A stretch of 64,000 nucleotides of DNA from assembly GCF_963921235.1 (NCBI RefSeq), contig NC_086097.1, positions 104,348,001 through 104,412,000 of the forward strand, read 5' to 3'. A model generated the notes under the pieces. It was not told the DNA's origin. It ran no database searches and saw only the letters and a list, made by a program, of their open reading frames with translations. The position numbers and the translations under genes were made by a program. Positions within the stretch are counted from its first letter, which is position 1. Every line of letters begins with the position of its first letter. Source of the DNA: Mobula hypostoma (Eukaryota). This document shows, in pieces, positions 25,368 through 36,876 of the stretch.

Positions 25368-25469
25368 ACACACATCAAAGTTGCTGGTGAACGCAACAGG
25401 CCAGGCAGCATCTCTAGGAAGAGGTACAGTCGACGTTTCAGGCCGAGACCCTTCGTCAGGACTAACTGA
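25368..25469 (-). mobile_element. Stand-alone Penelope-like terminal fragment
   Basis: Reverse complement closely matches the PLE end at 51125-51228; it interrupts the CR1 sequence caaagcca|ctgactattcc. Confidence 0.88.
25428..25463 (-). ncRNA. Minimal type I hammerhead ribozyme motif (Penelope-associated)
   Basis: AGUC-CUGACGA-A-GGGU(CUCG)GCCU-GAAAC-GUC/GACU: intact core boxes, helix I AGUC/GACU, helix II, palindromic ACGU helix III, GUC cleavage triplet. Confidence 0.8.
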
Positions 25470-26764
25470 CTATTCCTAATCATATTATGCCTCTCCAAAT
25501 GTTCATAAATCCTGCCTCTCAGGATCTTCTGCATCAACTTACCCACCACTGAAGTAAGACTCACTGGCCTATAATTTCCTGGGCTATCCCTACTCCCTTT
25601 CTTGAATAAGGGAACAACATCTGCAACCCTCCAATCCTCTGGAACCTCTCACATCCTCGTTGATGATGCAAAGGCCATCACAATCTCAGAAAGAGGCTCA
25701 GCAATCTCCTCCCTTGCTTCCCACAGTAGCCTGGGGTACATCCCGTCTGCTCCCGGTGACTTATCCAACTTGATGCTTTCCAAAAGCTCCAGCATGTCCT
25801 CTTCCTTAATATCTACATGCTCAAGCTTTTCAGTCCACTGCAAGTCATCCCTACAATCGCCAAGATCCTTTTCTGTAGTGAATACTGAAGCAAAGTATTC
25901 ATTAAGTACTTCCGCCATTTCCTCTGGTTCCATACACACTTTTCCACTGTCACACTTGATTGGTCCTATTCTTTCACGTCTTATCACCTAAAGGAAAGTA
26001 TTCTCGGTACCTCACCACCTTACTCCCAGTTCTTCCCTGAGGTCTATGTGCATTCCAATACATATCTTGTACACTATCTCTCAGTGTATAATGACTTGTC
26101 ATAGCTTCCTCATTTTCCCTGCCCAAATGCACCACCTTGCTCTTCTCAGGGTTGCATTGATACCCTGCTGAGTGTTACCTCACACAGCATTATTTCTTTA
26201 TCACTGTCATGGTCCCCCAACTTGAATACTCCCAGGCTCATACCCACCTCTGCTTTCAGAAGGAATGTGCCTGGTTGTGTGAAGCTGTGCCGGAATGTGA
26301 AACAAGCCTCTGCCCTCCTCAGACTCAGGCAGCATGATCCGCTGCTGCTGCCGCTGCCAATGGCTACCACATTAAATCATTGTCACGGGAGCACAGCTGT
26401 GGCAGCAGGCTGCCTTTGAGGACTGGCATTGGAAGACCTGGTGCAAACAATGTGGTGTCTCAATGCTGTGCTGCTGGGCTCATGCCTGCACTGCTGGGGA
26501 CTGACAGTATCCAATCATATGATCTCTCTCATGACTTGTTGCACTAGATGGGAGTTGATGTTTCCCCCTCTTTATTTGGCTATACTACTCTCCCCAGCTC
26601 AAATTTCCCAAGCTGACTGAACAATGACCACAGTTAACCTTAGTCTCGCATATTATACTCTATTCCCTGAAATTCTAAGACTCTTGGTTTTGCTTGATTT
26701 TATTGTATCACCTTTCACCCTGCACTTTAAACTGAGAACTTCTGTTGTAAGATCCAGATCTAGA

Positions 26765-26938
26765 TGAAGTGGTAAATGCGGTCTCACTTTTAACATTTAA
26801 GAGAAACTTGGATGGGAGGTGTATGGAGGGATATGGTCCAGGTGCAGGTCAGTGGGACTAGGCAGAAAAATGGTTCCGCACAGCCAAGAAGGGCCAAAAG
26901 GCCTGTTTCCGTGCTGTAATGTTCTGTGGTTCTATGGT
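26765..26938 (+). mobile_element. CR1 3'UTR fragment
   Basis: Matches the 3' ends at 6625-6810 and 23005-23186. Confidence 0.8.
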
Positions 26939-27369
26939 CCTATACTTCCGTTTAATTTTTCCTGCAGTTTTATGCTTTATTTCTGTTTACTTGATACCTG
27001 CGAAAAGAGGAAAAAATGGTGCCATGTTGTTAAATTACTGGAATACTGACTATCCACTGTACCTTTACTAATAATGTTTAGTTTTTTCATTGTTACACCC
27101 AGTTATCTGTTCTTCATTCTTGGCCAGGTTTTGCCTGTAGAGGGGTCACTGTTTCACAATCAGTAATGCAAGGTTGTGGCTAGGATCACCGTTTGCATGT
27201 GTCAGTGATGATTCTTGGTCAAAAGTCTACTCAGCTATTTCTTGATCTGCTTCTGGTGAAATGCCAAATCAAAGGGGTATGCTGGATTACAGCAGATGAA
27301 ATCTTACTTTGTGCAACACATGAACCATTTGTGATAGATTAAAAATTATATTTCTCTATTTTTATTTAG

Positions 27370-27531
27370 TGCCTGAAGTGGAAGGTGACCGTGCAGCTGA
27401 AATTGACAGTATAAGTTCCCTGTGCTCTCAGATAACACATGCTTTCAGTGGACAAGTGGATGATCCATTCTCGTCTGCACCAATGACCAAGCCTGCTGTG
27501 GGTGTGACTCCTCAAGTGACAGCCTCCCAAA
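27370..27531 (+). CDS. NUMB: Numb coding exon with first DPF motif
   Basis: Long pyrimidine tract + AG, A|GTAAGC donor; 162 nt, phase 1-1. VPEVEGDRAAEIDSISSLCSQITHAFSGQVDDPFSSAPMTKP; in frame with the previous exon. Confidence 0.97.
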
Positions 27532-27625
27532 GTAAGCACGTTTTGATGACAATTCAGATGTGAATAAGTGTTGCCACAAAGTTTGCAGTGTTAGAATTGT
27601 GACCATCTGAATTTTCTCAATGTAG

Positions 27626-27757
27626 TCAATGGAACATCAGCCTTCTCAGCACCTGTTGCAGCTCTGGCCATGTCTCCCACAGTGATGCCAGTGCGTGACA
27701 CCAACCCTTGGTCCCAGGCCCCACCTGCAACTAGTGACAGAACTATGGTTGCTGCAG
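27626..27757 (+). CDS. NUMB: Numb proline-rich-region insert exon (equivalent of mammalian alternatively spliced 'exon 9')
   Basis: ttttctcaatgtAG acceptor, CAG|GTAAGC donor; 132 nt, phase 1-1. INGTSAFSAPVAALAMSPTVMPVRDTNPWSQAPPA resembles the mammalian insert (NGT..AF...MPVRETNPWAHAP). Confidence 0.93.
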
Positions 27758-28169
27758 GTAAGCTTATACACACCATTTATGTACCTGGCAGAAGATGGAA
27801 TCAAAAGAACAAATTATAATTAATCTGGACAGAATCAGAAAGAATGGAAAAGGTCACATTGTTTGCTGTTATTGCAAAACATCAGAAGTAACTTGTTATT
27901 TCAAATTCAGCATGCTCTAATTTAATCTGTCACTGATATTTGCTGTTTTACACTAGATATGAAATATTTATTGTCATTTACACTAACCCTGCATTCCTTG
28001 TCTCTGCCACTGTCACAATTTCACCCTGGTTGTTTACATTCTCTGCTTTAATCTTGAATTGAGATGTCAGTGTTACCTTCCCTCAATATAAAGACAGTTT
28101 CTTCATCTTCCAATAAGCTTTGCTTAGTGCTGCTGTGCTTCTCAACGCAGCCCTCTGTGCCTTGTTTAT

Positions 28170-28430
28170 AGAGTCATATACCTTAGAAAGAAAGCCATTC
28201 AGACCGCTGAGTCTGTGCCAACATGAACAACTGATCCTATCCCCATCAACTCCTCCAGATTTTACCACTGATGCAACTTTCTGCAGCCAATTAATTTATG
28301 AATCCTTATTATGTCTTTGGAATATGAGAAAATACGGAGCACCCAAGGGAAGAACCAGGCAGTCACAGGGAGAATATGCAAACACAGGTTAGCACTGGAG
28401 GTTGAGATTGAACTTGGGTTAGGACCAGGA
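28170..28430 (-). mobile_element. Decayed V-SINE, antisense
   Basis: Reverse-complement V-core/B-box remnants (cacagggagaatatgcaaac...gattgaact). Confidence 0.55.
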
Positions 28431-28539
28431 CAGCACTGAAAGGTAGAGGCAGTGACTTCATATGGAATTTATCTTTTCCCTATCTTGCTTGACCTTTCCA
28501 CAATCAAACAACCTAGTATGAAGTACATGAAAACTGTGA

Positions 28540-29520
28540 ATATTGAAGAGGATATTCCAGCTCATCTAAGTTGGGTCAGGCAACAGCAGATGGAATTAAA
28601 TCCTAAGTATAGAGTGATGCGTTTTGGGAAGTTGTGTAAGGTTATGACTCAGCCAATGATGTCAGGGCTCAAGTGAAGCAGCTTAGTATACTGAACAGCT
28701 AGAACATGGCTTTCTATGTGAGAAATTATGCCTTGTGATTTTGATGTGCTTTTGTAAAAATAAGTAAGATGATTGACTAGGGCAGAACAGTAAATGCTAG
28801 CTATTACTCTAACTGGACAAGATATTTGGGTCAGAGAGATTAGATCACATGGGATTCAGGGTTAGCAGGCCAATTGGATATAAAATTAGCTTGGTGGGGT
28901 AAATGTTTTTTTCCCCCCAGAGTGGAAGTCTGTGAGCAGTGGTGTGCTGCAGGGATTGGTACTGGGTCCCCTGCTGTTTGTCATAATGGTTTTGATAATG
29001 ATGTAGGTTATGCAGCAAGTAGGTTTCCACATGACACCAAAATTCTGTTTTATTAGCAGATAGTGAAATTGTGTAAGGTTACAACAGGATCCAGATCAAC
29101 TGGGAAATTGAAAGAATAGTAGATTAAATTTTATTGGAACAGGGCAAAATAATGCATTTTGTGAAGCTAAACCAGGGCAGGGCATACACAGTGAATGGCA
29201 GGGTCCTTTGGAATGTTGTAGTTCTTTCAGTAGTCAATGCAAGTAGCCTTTGCCAAATGTGGTTGAGGAAGATGAAAATTGGAGGTCATAGGTAAAAAGT
29301 GAAAGGTGAAATATTTAAGGGGAACCACAGGGTTCTTTATTCAGAGAGTAGTGAGAGTGTAGGATGAGCTGCCAGAGGAAGTGGTGGGTGCAGGTTTGAT
29401 TGCAGCATTTAAGAGAAGTTTGGATAAGTACATGGTTGATGGGGTTAATCAGATAACAGTTTGGCATGGACTAGATGGGCCAAGTGGTCTGTTTCTGTGT
29501 TGTATGACTGTGACTCCAAT
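28540..29520 (+). mobile_element. Old CR1 RT/3' fragments
   Basis: QG.VLGPLL, DDTK-like and 3'UTR remnants. Confidence 0.65.
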
Positions 29521-29549
29521 AGTTTAGTTTATTTTAGGAAAGCTACCAT

Positions 29550-29897
29550 GGGGTGCCACTGTAGTGTGGTTAGCACGACTCTGTTACAGCTCGGGGCGTC
29601 AGAGTTCTGAATTCAATTCTGGCGTCTTCTAAGAAGGTTTGTACGTTCCTTGTCTGCGTTCATTTCTTCTGGGTTCCAGTTTCCCCTCTCAGTACTGGTT
29701 ACTGGTCAGGAGGTTAATTGGCCATTGTAAATTGTCCTGTGATTAGGCTGGGATTAAATCAGTGGGTTACTAGTCAGGAGGTTAATTGTAAATTGTCCTG
29801 TGATTAGGCTGGGGTTAAATCAGTGGGTTACTGGGCAGGGTGGCTCATTGGTCCAGAAGGGCTTGCTACACACTATTTCTAAGTAATTAAAATAAAA
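29550..29897 (+). mobile_element. V-SINE (HE1-like) with internal tandem duplication
   Basis: tRNA-like head, V core, ~65-bp segment repeated at 29697-29830, A-rich tail. Confidence 0.75.
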
Positions 29898-32243
29898 CTT
29901 TCATAGTTTCTTGAAAGTGGTGATTCTGGTAGAGACTGGTGAAGGTGGTGTATAGCAGCTTACCTTCATCAGTTGGGGCATCAAGCACAAGTCACAGCTG
30001 AAATATTGTGTGCATTTCTGTTCCTAGCACCATGCCACATGACGGATGTGATTATCTTAGAGAGGGTGCAGAGAAGTTTCACAAGGATATTGCCAGGATT
30101 GGAGGGCTTGAGTTCTAAAGAGAACATACTGAGCCAGCCAAGTGATAACCTGATAGTGCATGAACATTTTGGGAATAGTGACTACTTCTCTATATTTAAG
30201 GTAAATGACTAGGAAGCTAAAATCAGACTGGAGTAAAAATCAGACTTGTGGAATACAAAGATGACAGGAAAATGTTCAAGCAGGCCAAAAGGATAATGGT
30301 ATGTCCTTGGTGAACTGGATCAAAGAGAATCCCAAGATATTTTCTACTGTGAGGAAAGGAGGATAACTAAAGAGAAGGTAGATACATTCAAGGATAAACA
30401 TATTTGCTTGCAGTCAAACCAGTGATTGAGGTACTAAACCTGATGAACACTGGCTTATGGACCTCTGGCTTCTTCCTGTAGTCCATAATCAGCTCTTTGG
30501 TTTTGCTGATGTTGAGTGAGTGGTTGTTGTTGTGGCACCATTCCTCATAACCAATTCATCGCCTCCTTTGATTCGGCCACAAACAGTAGTGGGTCAACAT
30601 GGCTGAGTTAGACAAAGGGCCTGTTTCCATGCTTTTAACTCTTATCACTATTTCAAGACCAAAAACCCAAGATGATGGCGGGCACAGGAGGTAAGGAGGC
30701 GAAGAAGGTACACAGGTTACTATCCTTCATTAGCTGGGGAATGGAATATAAGAGACAGCACCTCCAGGCCGATACTTCATGTGCTGCTGCTGGAACCCCA
30801 CCACCACCACTCTGTAATCCCTTGTCTCTCAGGTCACTCCACAGCTCTTGGATCCCTGGAGACTCCATCTTCCTCTCACCCTACCTTCCCAGAACACCCC
30901 AACCCTCTTCTCCTCCACCCACCCCCACTCCCAGCTCTCATCAGTACTGGGTTGTCACAATTCCCTCTGACCTTCCCCTTTGAGGCAGAATATTCTATTC
31001 TCAGTAAGGGCCTTACCTTTGGCTCCCTGCGCCCACACCTCAGTGAGTTCCACACCCGCCACTACACTGAACTCTTCTTCCGTCGCCTCCATCTTCGAGC
31101 CTACATCTTTGGCAATGACTCTCCAGCTAGCATCGATGACCCCTTCTCTCATCTTCAACCCTCCTTCTCTTCCTGGACACCCTACTCCAGTCTTCTGCCT
31201 GCTTTGGATCTTTTTATTGCTAGCTGCTGATGAGACATCAATCGTCTTGACTTTACCACTTCTCTCTCCAATTCCAGCCTGTTACTCTCCACTCTCTCTG
31301 CACTAATCCTAACCTCACCATCAAGCCCTCAGATAAGGGGGATGCTGTAGTAATCTGGTGGACTGACCTCAACCTGCTGAGACCAGGCGAAAACTCTGAC
31401 ACCTCCTCGAACAGCACCCCACTAAGCAGCACCAGGCCATTGTTTCCCACACCATCACCAACTGTATTAGCTCTGGGGATCTCCCATCAACTGTAAACAT
31501 CTCATAGTTCCCTCACCCCACACCTCCTGTTCCTACTTTCTACCCAAGATCATTAATCTGTCTGTCCAAGTAGACCCATTGTCTATGCTTGTTCCTGCCC
31601 CACCTAAAGTACCTGCATACCTCGACCCTGGTTCAGTCCCTTCCGACCTACATCTGTAACACTCCACACGGTCTTGATCTTTTCAATGACTTCAATTTCC
31701 CTGGCCCATGTGATCTCATTTTCACTATGGATGTCCAGTCCCCATATGTAGCCATCCCCCATCAGGAAGGCCTTAAAGCTCTCCGCTTCTTTCTGGACAA
31801 CAGATCTAACAAGTTCCCTTCCACCATCACTCTCTTTCTGACAGAGCTGGTCCTCACTTTTGATGCTTCCTCCTATGACCTTCAAACTAAAAGTATAGCC
31901 ATGGGCACTCGCATGGGTCCCAGCTATGCCTGCTTTTTTGTCAGCTGCATGATACACCAGTATCGCCCCACCCCACCAAATTCTTCCTATACTACATCGA
32001 TGAATGCATGGATGTGGCTTCCAAAACCCACACTGAGCTCATCGACTTCATCAACTTTGCCTCCAACTTCCACCCTGCTCTCAAATTTCCAGTCCATTTC
32101 CAACACCTCACTCACCTTTCCAGATCTCTCTCTCTCTCTATCCCTTGTCTCTCAGGTCCCTCCGCAGCTCTTGGGTCCTTGGAGACTCCATCTTCCTCTC
32201 ACCCTAACTTCCTTGAATGCTTCAACCCTCCCCTTTTGGACAC

Positions 32244-34660
32244 TTGAGAGACAGATTCTGGAAAGGTGTAACAATAACAGGATTGTCGTGGTGGGAGATT
32301 TTAATTTCCCAAATATTAATTGGCATCTCCCTAGAGCAAGGGTTTTAGATGGGGTGGAGTTTGTTAGGTGTGTTCAGGAAGGTTTCCTGACACAATATGT
32401 AGATAAACCTACAAGAGGAGAGGCTGTACTTGATCTGGTGTTGGGAAATTAACCTCGTCAGATCTGTCAGTGGGAGAGCATTTTGGAGATAGTGATCACA
32501 ATTCTATCTCCATTGGAGATGGATAGCAACAGACAAGTTAGAAAAGCATTTAATTGGACTAAGAAGAAATATGAGACCATCAGGCAGGAACTTGGAAGCA
32601 TAAATTGGGAATAGATGTTCTCAGGGAAATGTACGGAAGAAATGTGGCAAATGTTCAGGGGATATTTGCGTGGAGTTCTGCATAGGTATGTTCTAATGAG
32701 ACAGGGAAAGGATGGTAGGGTACAGGAACCGTGGTGTACAAAGGCTGTTGTAAATCTAGTCTAGAAGAAGAGCTTATGAAAGGTTCAAGAAGCGAGGTAA
32801 TGATAGAGACCTAGAAGATTATAAGGCTAACAAGGAAGGAGCTTAAGAAAGAAATTAGGAGAGCCAGAAGAGGCCCTGGTGGACAGGATTAAGGAAAATC
32901 CCAAGGCATTCTGCAAGTATGTGAAGAGCAAGAAGATAAGACATAAGAGAATAGGACCAATCAAGTGTGACAGTGCAAAAGTGTGTATGGAATCAGAGGA
33001 GATTGCAGAGGTACTTAATGACTATGTTGCTTCACTATTCATTATAGAAAAGGATCTTGGCAATTGTAGGGATGACTTACAGCGGACTGAAAAGCTTGAG
33101 CATGTAGATATTAAGAAAGAGGAGGTGCTGGAGCTTTTGGAAAGCATCGAGTTGGATAAGTCACTGGGACGAGGTGTACCCCAGTCTACTGTGGGAGGTG
33201 AGGGAGGAGATTGCTGAGCCTCTGGCGATGATCATTGCATCATCAATGGGGACGAGTGAGGCTCCGGAGGATTGGAGGGCTGCGGATGTTGTTCAAGAAA
33301 GGGAGTAGAGAAAGCCCAGGAAATTATAGACCAGTGAGTCTTACTTCAGTGGTTGGTAAGTTGATGGAGAAGATCCTGAGAGGCAGGATTTATGAACATT
33401 TGGAGAGCCATAATATGATTAGGAATAGTCAGTATGGCTTTGTGAAAGGCAGGTCGTGTTTTATGAGCCTGATTGAATTTTTTGAGGATGTGACTAAACA
33501 CATTGATGAAGGAAGAACAGTAGATGTAGTGTATATGGATTTCAGCAAGGCATTTGACAAGGTACCTCATGCAAGGCTTATTGAGAAAGTAAGGAGGCAT
33601 GGGATCCAAGGGGACATTGCTTTGTGGATCCAGAACTGGCTTGCCCACAGAAGGCAAAGAGTGGTTGTAGATGGGTCATATTCTGCATGGAGGTCAGTGA
33701 CCAGTAGTGTGCCTCAGGGATCTGTTCTGGGACCCTTACTCTTCGTGATTTTTATAAATGACCTAGATGAGGAAGTGGAGGGATGGGTTAGTAAATTTGC
33801 TGATGACACAAGGTTGGGGGTGTTGTGGATAGTCAGAGGTTACAGTGGGACATTGATACGATGCAAAACTGGGCTGAGAAGTGGCAAATGGAGTTCAACC
33901 CAGATAAGTGTGAGATGGTTCATTTTGGTAGGTCAAATATGATGGCAGAATATAGTATTAATGTTAAGACTCTTGGCAGTGCGGAGGATCAGAGGGATCT
34001 TGGGGTTCGAGTCCATCGGACACTCAAAGCTGCTGCACAGGTTAACTCTGGTTAAGAAAGCATTTCATCAATCGTGGGATTGAGTTTAGGAGCTGAGAGG
34101 TTATGTTGCAGCTATATAGGACCCTGGTCAGACCCCACTTGGAGTACTGTGCTCAGTTCTGATCGCCTCACTACAGGACGGATGTGGAAACCATAGAAAG
34201 GATACAGAGGAGATTTACAATGATGTTGCCTGGATTGGGGAGCATGCCTTATTGAGAATAGGTGGAGTGATGGTGGATGAGAGGTGACCTGATAGAGGTG
34301 TATAAGATGGTGAGAGGGATTGATCGTGTGGATGATCAGAGGCTTTTTCCCAGGGCTGAAATGACTAGCAGAAGAGGGCACAGTTTTAAGGTTCTTGGAA
34401 GTAGGTACAGAGGAGATGTCAGAGGTAGGTTTTTTTTTCCGCAGAGTGGTGAGTGTGTGGAATGGGCTGCCAGCGACAGTGGTGGAGGCGGGTACGATAG
34501 GGTCTTTTAAGAGACTCTTGGATAGGTACATGGAGCTTAGAAAAATAGAGGGCTATGGGTAACCCTAGATAATTTCTAAAGTAAGGACATGTTCGGCACA
34601 GCTTTGTGGGCTGAAGGGCCTGTATTGTACTGTAGGCTTTCTAAATCAATCTAAATCTAA
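32244..34660 (+). mobile_element. CR1 5'-truncated copy nested in the Penelope element
   Basis: RQILERC..VVGDFNFP through RT (33235-33942) to 3'UTR; tail ctaaatcaatctaaatctaaat. Confidence 0.95.
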
Positions 34661-35894
34661 ATCTCTGCAGATAGTCTTATCTCCTGATACCTTTTATAAA
34701 TCCACTGATTCTCACAGCTACTTGGACTGTACCTCTTCCCACCCTGTCACTTATAAAAATGCCATCCCCTTCTCTGCCACATCTGTTCTCAGGATGAGGC
34801 TTTTCATTCCAGAGCTAATAAGATGACCTCCTCCTTCAAAGAAAAGGGCTTGCCTTCATCCACTATCAGCGCTGTCCTCACCTGTATCTCTTCCATTTCG
34901 CATACGTTCTGCCCTCACTCTATCTCCTACTACTCCACCAGGGATAGTGTTCCTCCTCTCGTTACCTACCATCCCACTGGCCTCCATGTCTAGCACATAA
35001 TTCTCCAAAACCTACGCTATCTCCAACGAGATCTCACCGCCAAGCACATAAGACCATGAGATATGGGAACAGAATTAGGCCATTTGGCCCATCAAGACTG
35101 CTCTGCCATTTCATCATGGCTGATCCAATTTTCCTCTCAGCCCCAATCTCCTGACTTTTCCCCCTGCCACCAGCTTTCCGCAGCATTCACTCCCTACACA
35201 ACTCCCTTGTCCACTTGTCCCTCCCCACTGATCTCCCTCCTGACACTTACCTTTGGAATTGGAACAAGTGCGACACCTGGCCCAACACCTTCTCCCTCAC
35301 TACCATTCAGGGCCCCAATAGTTCTTCCAGGTGAGGTGTTTGGGTCACCTGCTGTATCTGGTACTCCCTGTGTGGCCTCCTGTATGTTGGTGAGGCCCAA
35401 TGTAGATTGAGAGACTGCTGGGCACCTATGCTCCGTCCGCTAGAAAAAGCGGAGCTACCAGTAGCCAACCATTTCAATTCCACATCCCATTTCCATTCTG
35501 ATATGTCAGTCCATGGCCTCTTCTACTGCCGCAATGAGGCCACATTCAAGTTGCAGTTTGTGTTTACCTGGGTATCCTCCAACCTGATGGCATGAACATT
35601 GATTTCTTGAACTTCTGGTAATTGCCCCGTCTTCTCCACCATTCCCCATTCCTGTTTCTGTCTCTCAGCTCATCTCCTTACTTGCCCATCACGTCTTCCT
35701 GGTGGTTCCTCGTTCCCTTTTCTGCACGGTCTTCTACCCTCTCCTATCAGATTGCCCCTCCTCCAGCCCTTTCACCTGCTGACTTCCCAGCTCTTTACAT
35801 AAACTCCTCTCTTGGTTTCACCTATCACTTAACACGTTGTACTTCTTCCTTCCCTCCCCCCACCTTCTTACTCTGACTGCTCATCTTTTTTTCT

Positions 35895-35929
35895 GGTCCT
35901 GATGAAGGGTCTCAGCTGAAACATTGACT
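35895..35929 (+). ncRNA. Degenerate hammerhead motif at Penelope 3' end (sense to NUMB intron)
   Basis: GGUC-CUGAUGA-A-GGGUCUCAGCU-GAAAC-AUU-GACU; core boxes intact, helices II and III weakened. Confidence 0.55.
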
Positions 35930-36876
35930 ATTCATTAATTTCCCTAGATGCTGCCGTGTCTGCTGAGTTTTGTGTGTGTTGCTTTGGATTTCCAGCATCT
36001 GCAGACTTCCTCATGTTTGTGAATCTCGATAAAACATTTGTAAAGCCCCATCAGCAATACTGTGTGATTTTCTGGGCCTTTTTATCTCCCCACAGCTGCT
36101 TGCTTGACTTGCCGAGTTCCTTTAGATTGTTCCTATTATTATAACTCCTCCTTGTTTTGGGGATGTATACTATAAATAAAAGCCAGTAAAACTACTGTTT
36201 CATGTTAAAAAAAAACCCTTCATGGTTTTGGTTTCCTTCATTTGAGATTCTATGACCTTCTCTGACGTTACAACCCATTCAAGACTGCAGTGTCCAACTG
36301 TGACCTTTTGTGCAGCGTTCTGCCCCATTTTTGGTTACTCTGCTTTCAGACATCAAAGTACTAGGTTGTGCAATATACAGTGTGTATTCAGAATTGTTTA
36401 TAGCAAAGCAGGAAATAAAGGAACCCTTCTTGGGTGGCAGGTTATGCCTGGTGGGGCACTACAAGAATTGGTGCTTGGGTACTAGCCATTCAAAATTCTT
36501 AAGTGATTTGGCAAAGCATACCAGCCTTCCTAGTTTGCTGCTGTGGGATTATGAGTGCAGACAGGATGTAAAGAGATCTCTGAGTGATGTCAACAGGAGC
36601 ATGGCAGGTCACTCACCCTAGTGTAAATCTAGAGAAAAGCAAAGTCTGTGTGCCTGAGGATACACCATACAAGACTAGGCGGTATCAGGTACTCTTACAG
36701 TCACAAAGAAATGCAAGCACCATCTCGTCCATGCCAAAAAGATTTAAACTGCTAAGTACTCTTGTAAGGAAATTGATTAAATGTTTTCCTTACTTGTCTA
36801 ACAGAGAATCGCTTCTTCATTTTGATTTGATTGTTGCTGCCATTTGTTTTCTCACTCTTCGTCTTGTGTTACGCAG

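Larger units (their letters stand above)
24114..25990 (-). mobile_element. CR1 5'-truncated copy (same subfamily as 32244-34660)
   Basis: Minus-strand ORFs 25649-25987 and 24498-25193 (GVPQGS, KFADDTK); tail gttttctatgtttc at the low end. Confidence 0.95.
30750..36020 (+). mobile_element. Decayed Penelope-like element (RT + Cys linker + GIY-YIG), interrupted at ~32140-34660 and ~35046-35165
   Basis: ILSKGLTF, LPKI, FTMDVQS, AMGTRMGPSYA, KSTDSHSYL..SSHP, CGLLYVGE, PVANHFN, PDGMN; pyrimidine-rich 3' region and hammerhead-like terminus. Confidence 0.88.

Noticed and set aside
36831..36876. Signal-peptide-like N-terminus of the 225-aa ORF
   Set aside because: It is the translated polypyrimidine tract; the exon starts at 36877.
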